Position numbers and translations under genes: made by a program. A model generated the notes under the pieces. The model searched no databases. It was not told the DNA's origin and worked only from the letters and a program-made list of their open reading frames with translations. Source: Carpediemonas membranifera BICM (taxonomy: Eukaryota; Protista; Fornicata). Taken from it: a DNA stretch of 64,000 nt. Shown here piece by piece: positions 11,501 to 21,141 of this stretch (position 1 is its first letter; every line of letters starts with the position of its first letter). The stretch lies in assembly GCA_019828565.1 (NCBI GenBank), contig JAHDYR010000019.1:179984-243983 (forward strand), in the 5' to 3' direction.

Positions 11501-12961
11501 ACCGTCCAGACATCCGGCCTAATCGTGTCTCAGATTGCATACACGTTCTTCGACCTCATCACCGAGCACATTGACGCGCTCATCGAGTGTGTCTGTCAAC
11601 TGCGGTCCCAGGCGGTTGACGACAAGGTCTCCGTCAACATGATCGACACCATGGCTCGCTTCGTAGAGCTCCTTCTCGACCGTGCCGAGTCTGACGATGC
11701 CGCCCACGCCTCCTTCCGGTTTGACCAGGATGACGAGGCTCTGGCCCGCCTCGTTGACACACACTACGTGCCAGCCCTGACGGCCGTGGTGCACTCCCTC
11801 AGCGACAGCCGCACAGTGGTGTCGAGACAGGCGTCTAACGTCCTTTTCAACGACAACGGCCTTCTGCAGGCGGTGATGGCCACGCCCATCGGCTGTGACG
11901 TCATTGACAAGACCCTGCTCTCCAGGATCGAGATGCCGTCTGCCGAATGGTCCGCCGGCATCGTCGATGCCGTCGTCTCGGGCACTGCGCGGCTGCTGAC
12001 GGAACTCCCCACCAACCTCATGGCCGGCGACCACACAATCTTGGATAGATTTGCCGATATCTGCCTCCGTGGGGCCACGGGCACTCTTGACGTCGGAAGC
12101 TCGAACGACCAACCCGACGAGGTTCGTATCGCCCGCATCGAGCAGCTGGCGCAGGTCTACTGCGACGGCTTCATCCTCCAGCTCCTGCCCGACCTGGTCG
12201 ATCTCGACCTCGGCCCCCCCTTCATGAGGCTCATAGCCGTTGTCGCAGAGATGCTGGAGCTTACGTTCCCCAGCGAGATCCGGTCTGTCACCGGCACGGA
12301 CGTGTCACCGGAGACCAAGCGGTCGGTCTTCCATGTGGTCCGCCGCAAGTCGATCATCCAGCTCCGGTTGTTCGAGGGCGTCGCCGACCTCATCACGTCG
12401 ACCTCGCTGCCCGAAGAGGCCGCCGAGGTCCTTCTTGCAGGCACCAGACACTGTCTGGCCGCCTGCCGTGACTTCAACCTGGACCTGGACCTTCGCTACC
12501 GCCTCCTCCAGGCAAAGTTCATGGCCCAGCTGCCCAGCATGAAGAAACAGGAGCTCCGCGGCTCCCTCAACGTCGTCAGGTCGCTCCGGTACTGCGTGGC
12601 CAAGTCCACCGGCGAATGGGCCGTTCGCGTTCGGGAGATGCTAATAGCCGAGCTGGGGGACATCATCCGCCACTACGCGGACAGGGCTGAGTCGGCCTTC
12701 TCCTCAGACGACACCGTGCACCACGAGAAGACGGAGGTCGCCGCCTTCCTCGACGTCGCCAGCTACGCGCTCGACACGATAGTCGGCATGGCTCGGGAGG
12801 ACGAGGCGTCTTTCCAGACCACGGTCAAGCTGTGTCACGCCGACCTCGTCAGGCTGATCCAGGTTGCGGGCATGTTCCCAAACAACGACTTTTCCCGACT
12901 ATTGTCTGCCGTGTTTGGGGCGATGATGCCGCTCGTGATGACGGCACTGGGCTCGGCATAG
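8502..12961 (+). CDS. Large Arf-GEF of the Sec7/BIG family (intron 8608-8636)
   Basis: DCB/HUS (FLNYDCD), Sec7 domain (FILPGEPQKIDRIAEKF, ILLNSDQHNP), HDS domains (YAVDSLRQLASKFL, NIRSGW); 29-nt GTTCGT...TTACCCAG intron restores the N-terminus. Confidence 0.93.
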
Positions 12962-13212
12962 GCCGGGCGGGTTTAGTTAAATCAGGTTCTTTTCTATGGT
13001 GTTTCTCTTGTTGATCACATGGATGTGGTCTTGTCCAGGTGGAGAAGGCCACGCCGTCCATCTGCCAACCATGCGGACTTAAGCCGGTGGGTGGCCTAGA
13101 ATTGCCGACCCCAGCCAACATGCAGAGCTGGATTCATCTGCGATCGGCTCTGGCGTGGTGTGAAGGTTGATCGAATTTAAGACGCAATGCATTTAAGGAA
13201 GAAACGGAAACG

Positions 13213-14694
13213 ATGGCGAAGAGCAAGGCTGGTAATCCGCGGAAGCGTGATAACGGCAAGGTTAAGCTTGACAAGCGTTTTGCCGAGATATATGAGGACC
13301 CCGATTTCCAAACCGTCACCGTTGATCAGTACGGGCAAAAGCAGGTCGGAAAGAACAAGGATTTGGACGAATTCTACGAATACGATGGGGAAACCGCCAA
13401 TAAGGCTGATGAGAAGGCCGATAGCAGTGACGGTGAGACCTCCGCCGTGGACACCGACGCTGAACTCACCGAGCCCGACCTCGATCTCAACCAAGAGTAC
13501 GTTGCCCCGGAAGACCAGATCATGGTCGACGACGAGACGCACCGCCTTGCCATCCAGAACATGGCGTGGGACCTTGTCAACGCGGACGACCTCTTCGTAG
13601 TCTTCACGTCGTTCCTCCCCCCTGGCGGCCGTCTCCTCAAGGTTGACAAGTACGTCTCCGAATTTGGCAAGACCAGGCTCGAGCGCGAGGCCACGGAGGG
13701 CCCTGCGGCCTTCCTCGGGCACGGCGAGTCCCTTCAGAGGCCGAGCACACCGCCCGACAGAATCTCCCGAGCCGCACAGGAGAAGCTCCGTGGCTACGAG
13801 CTTGACCGCATGAAGTACTTCTACGCCATCGCGACGTTCGATTCACCCGCCACGGCGCTGTCCATTTATAACGAATGCGACGGCAAGGAGTTCGAGCTAT
13901 CAGGCACTTCTTTCGACCTCCGCTTCGTACCAGAGGACATGCCGTTCGACGAGGCGCCCGCGGACACCGCCTCGTCCATCCCTGTCGGGTATACGATGAA
14001 GGCGGGCCACCGCGTCTCAGCTGCGATGGACACGCGGGTCGAATCGAGCTGGGATGTTACCGACGTGAACAGGAGAGCTTTGACACACAGGCAGCACGGG
14101 CTGCAGGACCTGGTGGGCGAGGACTTTGATGCGATGATTGGCTCAGGCTCCGAGGACGAGGCCCGGGGTGCAGAGTACCGGGGGCTCGTCGAGGCCATCC
14201 AGGAGGAGAACCCGGGCTGGGGCGATGCCGTGGACGAGGAGATGAGGAAGGCCGAGGAGCTTCGGCGGATCATGCTGGAGGCCATGGATAGTGGTAGTGA
14301 AAGCGATGAGGAGGATGATGATGATGATACGGCCGTGTCTGGAGACGACGAGGCCGAGGCCGATTCTGGCTCAGAAGCGGACGGTTCAGAGGACGAGGAC
14401 GAAGACGATGAGGAGGAGGAGGTGACCGTGGACATGCTCGTTAAGTACCAGGCCCTGCTCGACAAGGTCGCCACCCGCCCCGGCCGCTACGCCAAGAAGC
14501 GTCTGGCCGAGTACATCGCGGACCACCCCACCATCGAGGCCGCAGCAGCCGCGGACGTCGAGAACACCTTGTCATCCGCTGCCCGATTCCCGGACCTCGC
14601 GGCGGCCGAGTTCAACCTGGACCCGTCTCACGCCTCGTTCAAGAGGACGCCGGGTGCTGTTGCGCTGCTCAAGAAGAGGGCAGAGGGCAAGTAA
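13213..14694 (+). CDS. ESF1: Pre-rRNA processing protein ESF1
   Basis: DKRF...DPDF, RLAIQNMAWD...DLFVVFTSF, LRGYELDRMKYFYAIATFDS, DLRFVP, acidic tract, C-terminal NUC153-like FNLDPSHASFKRT. Confidence 0.9.
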   Translation: MAKSKAGNPRKRDNGKVKLDKRFAEIYEDPDFQTVTVDQYGQKQVGKNKDLDEFYEYDGETANKADEKADSSDGETSAVDTDAELTEPDLDLNQEYVAPEDQIMVDDETHRLAIQNMAWDLVNADDLFVVFTSFLPPGGRLLKVDKYVSEFGKTRLEREATEGPAAFLGHGESLQRPSTPPDRISRAAQEKLRGYELDRMKYFYAIATFDSPATALSIYNECDGKEFELSGTSFDLRFVPEDMPFDEAPADTASSIPVGYTMKAGHRVSAAMDTRVESSWDVTDVNRRALTHRQHGLQDLVGEDFDAMIGSGSEDEARGAEYRGLVEAIQEENPGWGDAVDEEMRKAEELRRIMLEAMDSGSESDEEDDDDDTAVSGDDEAEADSGSEADGSEDEDEDDEEEEVTVDMLVKYQALLDKVATRPGRYAKKRLAEYIADHPTIEAAAAADVENTLSSAARFPDLAAAEFNLDPSHASFKRTPGAVALLKKRAEGK

Positions 14695-15171
14695 GGCTGT
14701 TAAATATGCGGATAGAGGGGTTGGATGCGAGGTGGACGGGGCTTGTGTGATGTCGTGACGCCTGGCGCTGATGCTGACCCGTGGTTCCCATGATGTATGG
14801 CTACTGAGGCATCGCGGGGGTGTTAGTTTTTTTCCACCAGTTGAAGATCAGATCAGATCTTCCGCCTCCTGACATAGGTACTGGATAACTTGTCTCTGAG
14901 ACATCCATAACCCGATTTCGTCGCATAAATCGAGAGTTTGCATTCCCGAATCTGATTCGATATTTGGTCAGATGCGAAAAGACAAGACCTCCGGCAAGAC
15001 ATTAATTGACAAGCTGTCGCTGATGACACACTTTCCAGATATGCGGTTCCCTGATACGAGTGTAGATTGGCCGTGAGATTGAGGAGCAATCTTCCTCGAC
15101 TCCCTCCATCAATCAGATGATTAAGGGTCGGATCAGGGTCGTCGCTTTTCGTGCTTCGCTACAAAACGGTA

Positions 15172-16650
15172 ATGGGCGGTCCTTCTCACCACAACTCAGG
15201 TGCTTTCGTCATCAGGAAGGAGGTTTGCCACAGGGTGGTGGATTGCTTCATCAACCACCGTGATAGCTTTGCCAAGAACGTCTCACGCATTGGGTTTCAG
15301 ATGAGGCCGGTTGCTAAGAACCACGAGAGTCACTACAACCGTTGCTGCATCTACAAGGACCGTGAGATCATCCGTTTCCGCACTATGTCGGTGCTCGGCT
15401 TCCAGGCAGAGGACGAAGGCGATGACGAGCGCGGCCTCTTCGAGTACGCCCAGAAGGCACTGCTCAGGCAGAAGCCCGCCACTGACACTCTCGGCGTCAT
15501 CGACCTCGCCTGCGATTCCTGCATCCAGAAGGCGTACCTCGTCACCGAAACCTGCCGCAGCTGCCTTGCCCAGCAGTGCAGGGGCGTCTGCCGCAAGGGC
15601 GCCATCACCATCGACCGCAGGAGGAACAAGGCGGTGATCGACCCCGACAGCTGCGTCAACTGCGGCAAGTGCATGGACGCCTGCCCATACGGTGCCATCA
15701 TCCGACTCACCATCCCTTGCCAGGAGGCGTGCCCAGTAGATGCAATCCACAAGAACGAGTTCGGCCAGCGCGAGATTGACCACGATAAGTGCATCAACTG
15801 CGGCAAGTGCTCCAGCGCTTGCCCCTTTGGCGCAATCGAGCAGGTTTCCCACATCGTCGACGTAATGCTCGCCGTTGAGAAGTACAAGAAGAACGAGGGG
15901 CCGGGCGTCGTCGCCCTCGTCGCTCCCAGCATCATCGGCGGCCAGGACAACTGGATCGAGATCGTCTCTAAGCTTCGTGCATTCGGCTTCAAGGCCGTCG
16001 TCACTGTCGCCTCTGGTGCCGCCGAGACTGCCCGCCGCGAGGCCGCGGAGATCATGGAGAGGAAGCACGAGGGCAAGCCGACGACCTCCTCCTGCTGCCC
16101 GGCGTACGTCAACCTCGTGGACAAGCACATCCCCTCCCTCAAGCCGTACGTCTCGACCACCCCCAGCCCCATGGTCATCCAGCACGAGATGATGACTGAG
16201 GTGGAAAACCACCCGCACCTCTACACCTTCATAGGACCCTGCATGGCTAAGAGGGACGAGGCGCTCAAGCACGGCATCGACTTCACCCTCACGTTCATGG
16301 AACTGGACGCCCTCCTGGCAGCCCTGCCCATGCCTGACGCCATACCCACGGACATCACGTTCCCCCCCGCTGTGCGGTTCGCGTACTCGACCGGCGTGAC
16401 CCAGACAGTAGTCAACGTCCTGGGCGATGAAGCAAAGGACCTCACTACCTCCCACATCGACGGGCTGACCAAGAAGACCGTGTTGAAGCTCAAGACATTC
16501 CACAAGAAGGCGATGAAGGGCGACGTCGAGGACTTCCTCGAGGTCATGAGCTGCGAGGGAGGGTGCATCGGCGGGCCGTGCACAAACGTCACCAAGGAGA
16601 AGGCTGAGGCGAAGATCAAGAAGCTGAAAATTGGGGACGTGTGTCTGTGA
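15172..16650 (+). CDS. Monomeric [FeFe]-hydrogenase (group B-like) with N-terminal 4Fe-4S ferredoxin domains
   Basis: H-cluster motifs TSSCCPAY, GPCMAKRDE, EVMSCEGGCIGG; two CxxCxxCxxxCP motifs plus additional Cys clusters. Confidence 0.93.
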   Translation: MGGPSHHNSGAFVIRKEVCHRVVDCFINHRDSFAKNVSRIGFQMRPVAKNHESHYNRCCIYKDREIIRFRTMSVLGFQAEDEGDDERGLFEYAQKALLRQKPATDTLGVIDLACDSCIQKAYLVTETCRSCLAQQCRGVCRKGAITIDRRRNKAVIDPDSCVNCGKCMDACPYGAIIRLTIPCQEACPVDAIHKNEFGQREIDHDKCINCGKCSSACPFGAIEQVSHIVDVMLAVEKYKKNEGPGVVALVAPSIIGGQDNWIEIVSKLRAFGFKAVVTVASGAAETARREAAEIMERKHEGKPTTSSCCPAYVNLVDKHIPSLKPYVSTTPSPMVIQHEMMTEVENHPHLYTFIGPCMAKRDEALKHGIDFTLTFMELDALLAALPMPDAIPTDITFPPAVRFAYSTGVTQTVVNVLGDEAKDLTTSHIDGLTKKTVLKLKTFHKKAMKGDVEDFLEVMSCEGGCIGGPCTNVTKEKAEAKIKKLKIGDVCL

Positions 16651-16790
16651 TAGTGCGCGGCAGTTTAAAAAGCATTAGCGGATTATTAATACCACGTCTG
16701 TGTATGGGTGAGCGTCTGATGCCGATGTTGGAGATTTTATTGGGTGCAGGGTAAGACACTAATGCGGCGGTGCCGCTTGATCTGAGCTAA

Positions 16791-17225
<435 letters not shown>

Positions 17226-17567
17226 AGGGGGCGTGTTAGGAGAAGGTTCAGCTCCATATGGCATTCATGAACTTGTCATGCGGGTCGACAAGGGCGTCGT
17301 CCCTTGAGACGCACAAGCCACTGAAGTGTGGGAACCGAGTAGTTTGCGAAAGACATCGCATATTATCTGATTATGATGCGCCTTGCCGTTACACCCGCCG
17401 CGCTTCATGCCCGAGTCGACTCAGTAAATGGTCATGGAACAATCATGGGCTGCATCGGGTACGAGGATTATGACCATGGTGTATGCCGTGACGGGCTCGG
17501 TGAGTTCGGGGCGGGACGTCTGAGTTGGTCTGCTGCCCGTGGACTTTCGCCGACGCCACCACGCAGT

Positions 17568-18326
17568 ATGATCCCAACTGCTGTCCATACCACCGGGGAG
17601 CATCCTATCAACTATCTCACAGCAGCAACAGATGCTATCTTTGGCGTTGAGCTGTTCTACTGCGGCATTGTTCTCTGTGGGAACTATAGCGTCGCTCTTC
17701 GGGCTGAATCGAAGCGCAAGCCCAAGATGAGCGACTTGTTGATGGGGATATCCATCATCCTAACCGGCGTGATGTCCTTTACCGGCGCCAAGAACCACTC
17801 GACCACTTCTATCGCCGAGGCCCGCCCCTATTGGATCACCACCTTATACTCCGGTCTCCTCTCCGGATACGTCTTCTGCCTGGGCTGCGTTGCGGACTAT
17901 GCGCTCATCCCCCTCCGCCTAGCAGTCCACGCGGTGATCCCGACGTTCTTTCTCCTCTTTGGCTTCATCCTGATTCCCGCCATGGACTGGAAGTTCCTCT
18001 CCTTCGGGATCGCCCAAGCGCCTATGTTCCTCATCGGTCTAGTGTACTCTATCGTGGCCTATCTCCACTCGCACTGGGTCAACTCTGCAAACATCATCAT
18101 GATTGTCCTCGTCGCGATTGGCATCGTCGTGCAGGCTGTCGGCAACATCATGAAGTTCCACTTGTCGTTCTACAAAGACTTCGACTACAACGTGGTCTTC
18201 CATCTATACGAGATGGCAGTCTTCTTCATCTTTCTCGGCATGCGGCTGTCACCCTTTGTACAGGCGGAGCACGCCACGAAAATCCCTCGGTGGAACGTGT
18301 TTGCGCCGTTTCTGAAGAAGGAATAG
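17568..18326 (+). CDS. Multi-pass membrane protein (DUF6962/CREST-like)
   Basis: About 7 hydrophobic segments; TAATD near the N-terminus, GAKNH, DFDYNVVFH near the C-terminus. Confidence 0.6.
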   Translation: MIPTAVHTTGEHPINYLTAATDAIFGVELFYCGIVLCGNYSVALRAESKRKPKMSDLLMGISIILTGVMSFTGAKNHSTTSIAEARPYWITTLYSGLLSGYVFCLGCVADYALIPLRLAVHAVIPTFFLLFGFILIPAMDWKFLSFGIAQAPMFLIGLVYSIVAYLHSHWVNSANIIMIVLVAIGIVVQAVGNIMKFHLSFYKDFDYNVVFHLYEMAVFFIFLGMRLSPFVQAEHATKIPRWNVFAPFLKKE

Positions 18327-18439
18327 GCAATGTAGAATAAAGGCGGCTTGTTATCTCTTGCTGGAGTGGCCCTCAACCCAAGATGACTCTTGATGGAGTC
18401 AATTGCCAAGACTGAGAGGTCCCTGCCACCACATAAACT

Positions 18440-19948
18440 TTATTCATCCTTCTTCTCCACCTCAGCGCGGGTCTTCCTCGACCTGGAGACCAGCGTGGCG
18501 ACAAGCAGCAACGCCACCGCGCCAATGACGGGGATGTAGTAGACTGCCGCCCAGAGGTCAAGGATGGGGGCGAGCCTCATCAGTGCAAACGCCGACTCGA
18601 CAAACTCGACGTATACATTGGTTATCACACACCCGGTAATCACATAAATCCACATGACATACCGCGACCTTGCTGCCACGAGCGGTCTAAACGCCTTCCG
18701 CAGCGCTCTGTGAGTAAACGTCCCGAGAGCCATGGCCAGGAAGAACACATAGTATCCAGGGAAGAATCCGTGCCACAGGGCTGACATCAGGTACGTCATG
18801 AGCGTCCGAACAGCCCGAGGCGCGGGAACGCGGTCGTAGATGTAGTACTTCAGCCAGCGGTTCGTACCGCGGTTCCACGCACCAGTGACAGTGCGAACGT
18901 CAGGCGTGGTCTCGAAGTGGACGATGTCAATGTTGCTGTACTTGCCGTAAACATAGCGTCCGTCTACCTCATGGAGTCCGAACCCAGCAGCCGCACAAAA
19001 GGCGTCGCTCATGATCCAAGCAAAGTAGTACTTCACACGGAACATGACACAGACTACCTTGATCGCCACAGCCTTCCAGACGAGCGAGGACGTGAGGAAG
19101 GCGGGGTCGGAGAGTGTCGAGGCATTGAAGTGGTTGAACGACAGCGCCGCGACGGGGATGAGGCAGAGCGCGATGGCGAAGTTCTTGCCGATGGCCCGCA
19201 TGCGGTTCTCTCTGGGCTTGTCGGAGGGTAGTTTCTTGGTCATGAGGAAGGTACGGAAGTCGGCAAACTCAAAGTTGGGACCAAACATGACCGATGGGAA
19301 GAAGAAGACGTAGGCTACATATTCGGACAGCTTGGGCATCGAGCTGATGGCGTACCTGCGCTGGCGGGGGGTGAGGGAGGTGGGGTCGCTCTTCATCTTC
19401 TTACCGTCCTCGATGTTGTGTGCAAGCATCGTGATCTTCTGGACGAAGACCATGAGAGGTCCGGAATAGTCCAGTGTCCAGCCTGCCACAGACCAGGAGA
19501 GGTACTTGTTGAGCTGGACGTAGTTCAGGAACCCGAATGCGAGGAGCCACGTGAACGCCGTGACGTAACGCAGCCGGACAACACGGAAGGGACGGAAGGC
19601 GCGGGGGAGCTGGCTCTTGTCAATCCCGAGAAGGAGGAGGGCGTAACACAGGCAGGCGAGTGCGACGCAGTAGAGAGAACGGACGCCGTATGCATAGACG
19701 AGGAGGAACACGCCGAGGCCGCCGCTGAGAGATTTGCGGCTCGATGGCCGCGAAACAAACATAAAGCTGAAAGAAAGAGCCATGGTGATCAGGATGGCGA
19801 TGAGGGTGCGGGCAATTGACAAATCGACGCCCAGCACATCCGCTACAAGAGCAGTTGGCCGATGAAGGAACATCAGTGCTTCAATGCGACCCCAGACATT
19901 GATAATCCTCTCCAGTTGCTCTGGAGGAACGCGCTCAAGGAGCTGCAT
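18440..19948 (-). CDS. MBOAT lysophospholipid acyltransferase (LPCAT3/Ale1-like)
   Basis: KYYFAW, WNRGTNRWLKYYIYDR, SALWHGFFPGYY (catalytic His). Confidence 0.93.
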   Translation of the reverse strand: MQLLERVPPEQLERIINVWGRIEALMFLHRPTALVADVLGVDLSIARTLIAILITMALSFSFMFVSRPSSRKSLSGGLGVFLLVYAYGVRSLYCVALACLCYALLLLGIDKSQLPRAFRPFRVVRLRYVTAFTWLLAFGFLNYVQLNKYLSWSVAGWTLDYSGPLMVFVQKITMLAHNIEDGKKMKSDPTSLTPRQRRYAISSMPKLSEYVAYVFFFPSVMFGPNFEFADFRTFLMTKKLPSDKPRENRMRAIGKNFAIALCLIPVAALSFNHFNASTLSDPAFLTSSLVWKAVAIKVVCVMFRVKYYFAWIMSDAFCAAAGFGLHEVDGRYVYGKYSNIDIVHFETTPDVRTVTGAWNRGTNRWLKYYIYDRVPAPRAVRTLMTYLMSALWHGFFPGYYVFFLAMALGTFTHRALRKAFRPLVAARSRYVMWIYVITGCVITNVYVEFVESAFALMRLAPILDLWAAVYYIPVIGAVALLLVATLVSRSRKTRAEVEKKDE

Positions 19949-20199
19949 CTGGATGACGACCTTTATTCGCAGATTACGCCTGGTCTGCCGCGGTCAAACA
20001 GGCCTTTACTCCGCTACCAATGCTTTCAACGATGGCGATTTTGAAGCGTTCTGGATAGCAACTGACCCATTTGATAATGGTTTGAAGAATAGTTGCGCTG
20101 GCTCAAGTGATTCTCAATCTTAGTTCACACCTCGCCCAACCCAACTCACGCAGCCAGCCATGTTTATGTAATAAGATAAAGTCGCCGCACTGTCGGACG

Positions 20200-20907
20200 C
20201 TAGCTGCTCTCCGCCTTCTTCCTCATCCTCGCCACATAATTCTGGATCTGCCTCAGCGTCGGAGCGGTACCCTCATAGTCGCTCTCGAGCCGCGCCTTGA
20301 TCTGAGAGGGCAGCATCCCGTCCCTGGCCATCGTGGTGACGGGCGCCCTCATGTGATCTGGGACCCCCCGGGTCCGGCGGGTAGACGAGGCCAGCGGCTG
20401 GAGCAGGCGGTGCGTCCCTGTGCGGGAGAGGTAGACCTGGCAGGCGACGCTGCAGTATGTGAACTTGATCTGCACGGTGCAGGACTCCTTCTCGCATTGG
20501 AGTTGGGCACAGCGGTAGCGGATGGCGCGAAGACTGTTCGCTGAAGCTTTGTGCTCTGGGCAGCGGCTGGCGCTGGAGCCTCGTGACTTGTAGATGATTG
20601 GTTCAGCATCCTTGAAACGCTTGATAGCGAAGCGAATTTGCTCAGCACTCCATGAATTTGAGCTGATGTGGAGTCTATTGGTGATGTTTGTGGTAACCCA
20701 TTGCTTCTTTTCACCATTCCGCTGTTGCTTGTTCGCGTCATTGACGTCGACGCCCGTAAATGGTCCAAAGGCCAAAGGCTGAGGAACAAAGAAAGAATCT
20801 GGTGAAATAGGGTCAATAGCGAGTGGATTGAGATTCTCTAACGATGATAGCGAGCCAGTGAGGCTCATAGACGTCTCCCACGGGAGATCTGGGATGGTTG
20901 CGTCCAT
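20200..20907 (-). CDS. Putative DNA-binding protein with WRKY/MULE-type zinc finger and HTH-like C-terminus
   Basis: YRC-x9-C-x22-H followed by GMLPSQIKARL...PTLRQIQNYVARMRK; start uncertain (ORF open to 20952). Confidence 0.55.
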   Translation of the reverse strand: MDATIPDLPWETSMSLTGSLSSLENLNPLAIDPISPDSFFVPQPLAFGPFTGVDVNDANKQQRNGEKKQWVTTNITNRLHISSNSWSAEQIRFAIKRFKDAEPIIYKSRGSSASRCPEHKASANSLRAIRYRCAQLQCEKESCTVQIKFTYCSVACQVYLSRTGTHRLLQPLASSTRRTRGVPDHMRAPVTTMARDGMLPSQIKARLESDYEGTAPTLRQIQNYVARMRKKAESS

Positions 20908-21141
20908 TACGACTCGCGGAGTTGCTTTGGGTTGAGCACCCCATCTCAACATGCCATAGGGTCGGATTGGACGACATCAGACTCGCCGCCTGACTATATG
21001 CCCACGTTAACTCTTGTTCGTTTCCATGATTCGTGGCTGGCGGCAGTCCAGAGTTGTCAAGTCGACCGAGATCCTCCAATCCAGTCGTCATCCACGCCCC
21101 TACTAGCCAATTACATGCCTTTATACAAATATATCATATAT

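Noticed and set aside
14290-14425. GAT/GAG triplet runs
   Set aside because: They encode the acidic tract of ESF1 and are not an independent repeat.
14870-14985. TPP-riboswitch-like words (CTGAGA...ACCCG...GAATCTGAT) upstream of the hydrogenase
   Set aside because: Spacing is off, the P2/P5 elements and the terminal GCGTAGG consensus are missing, and there is no thiamine-gene context.
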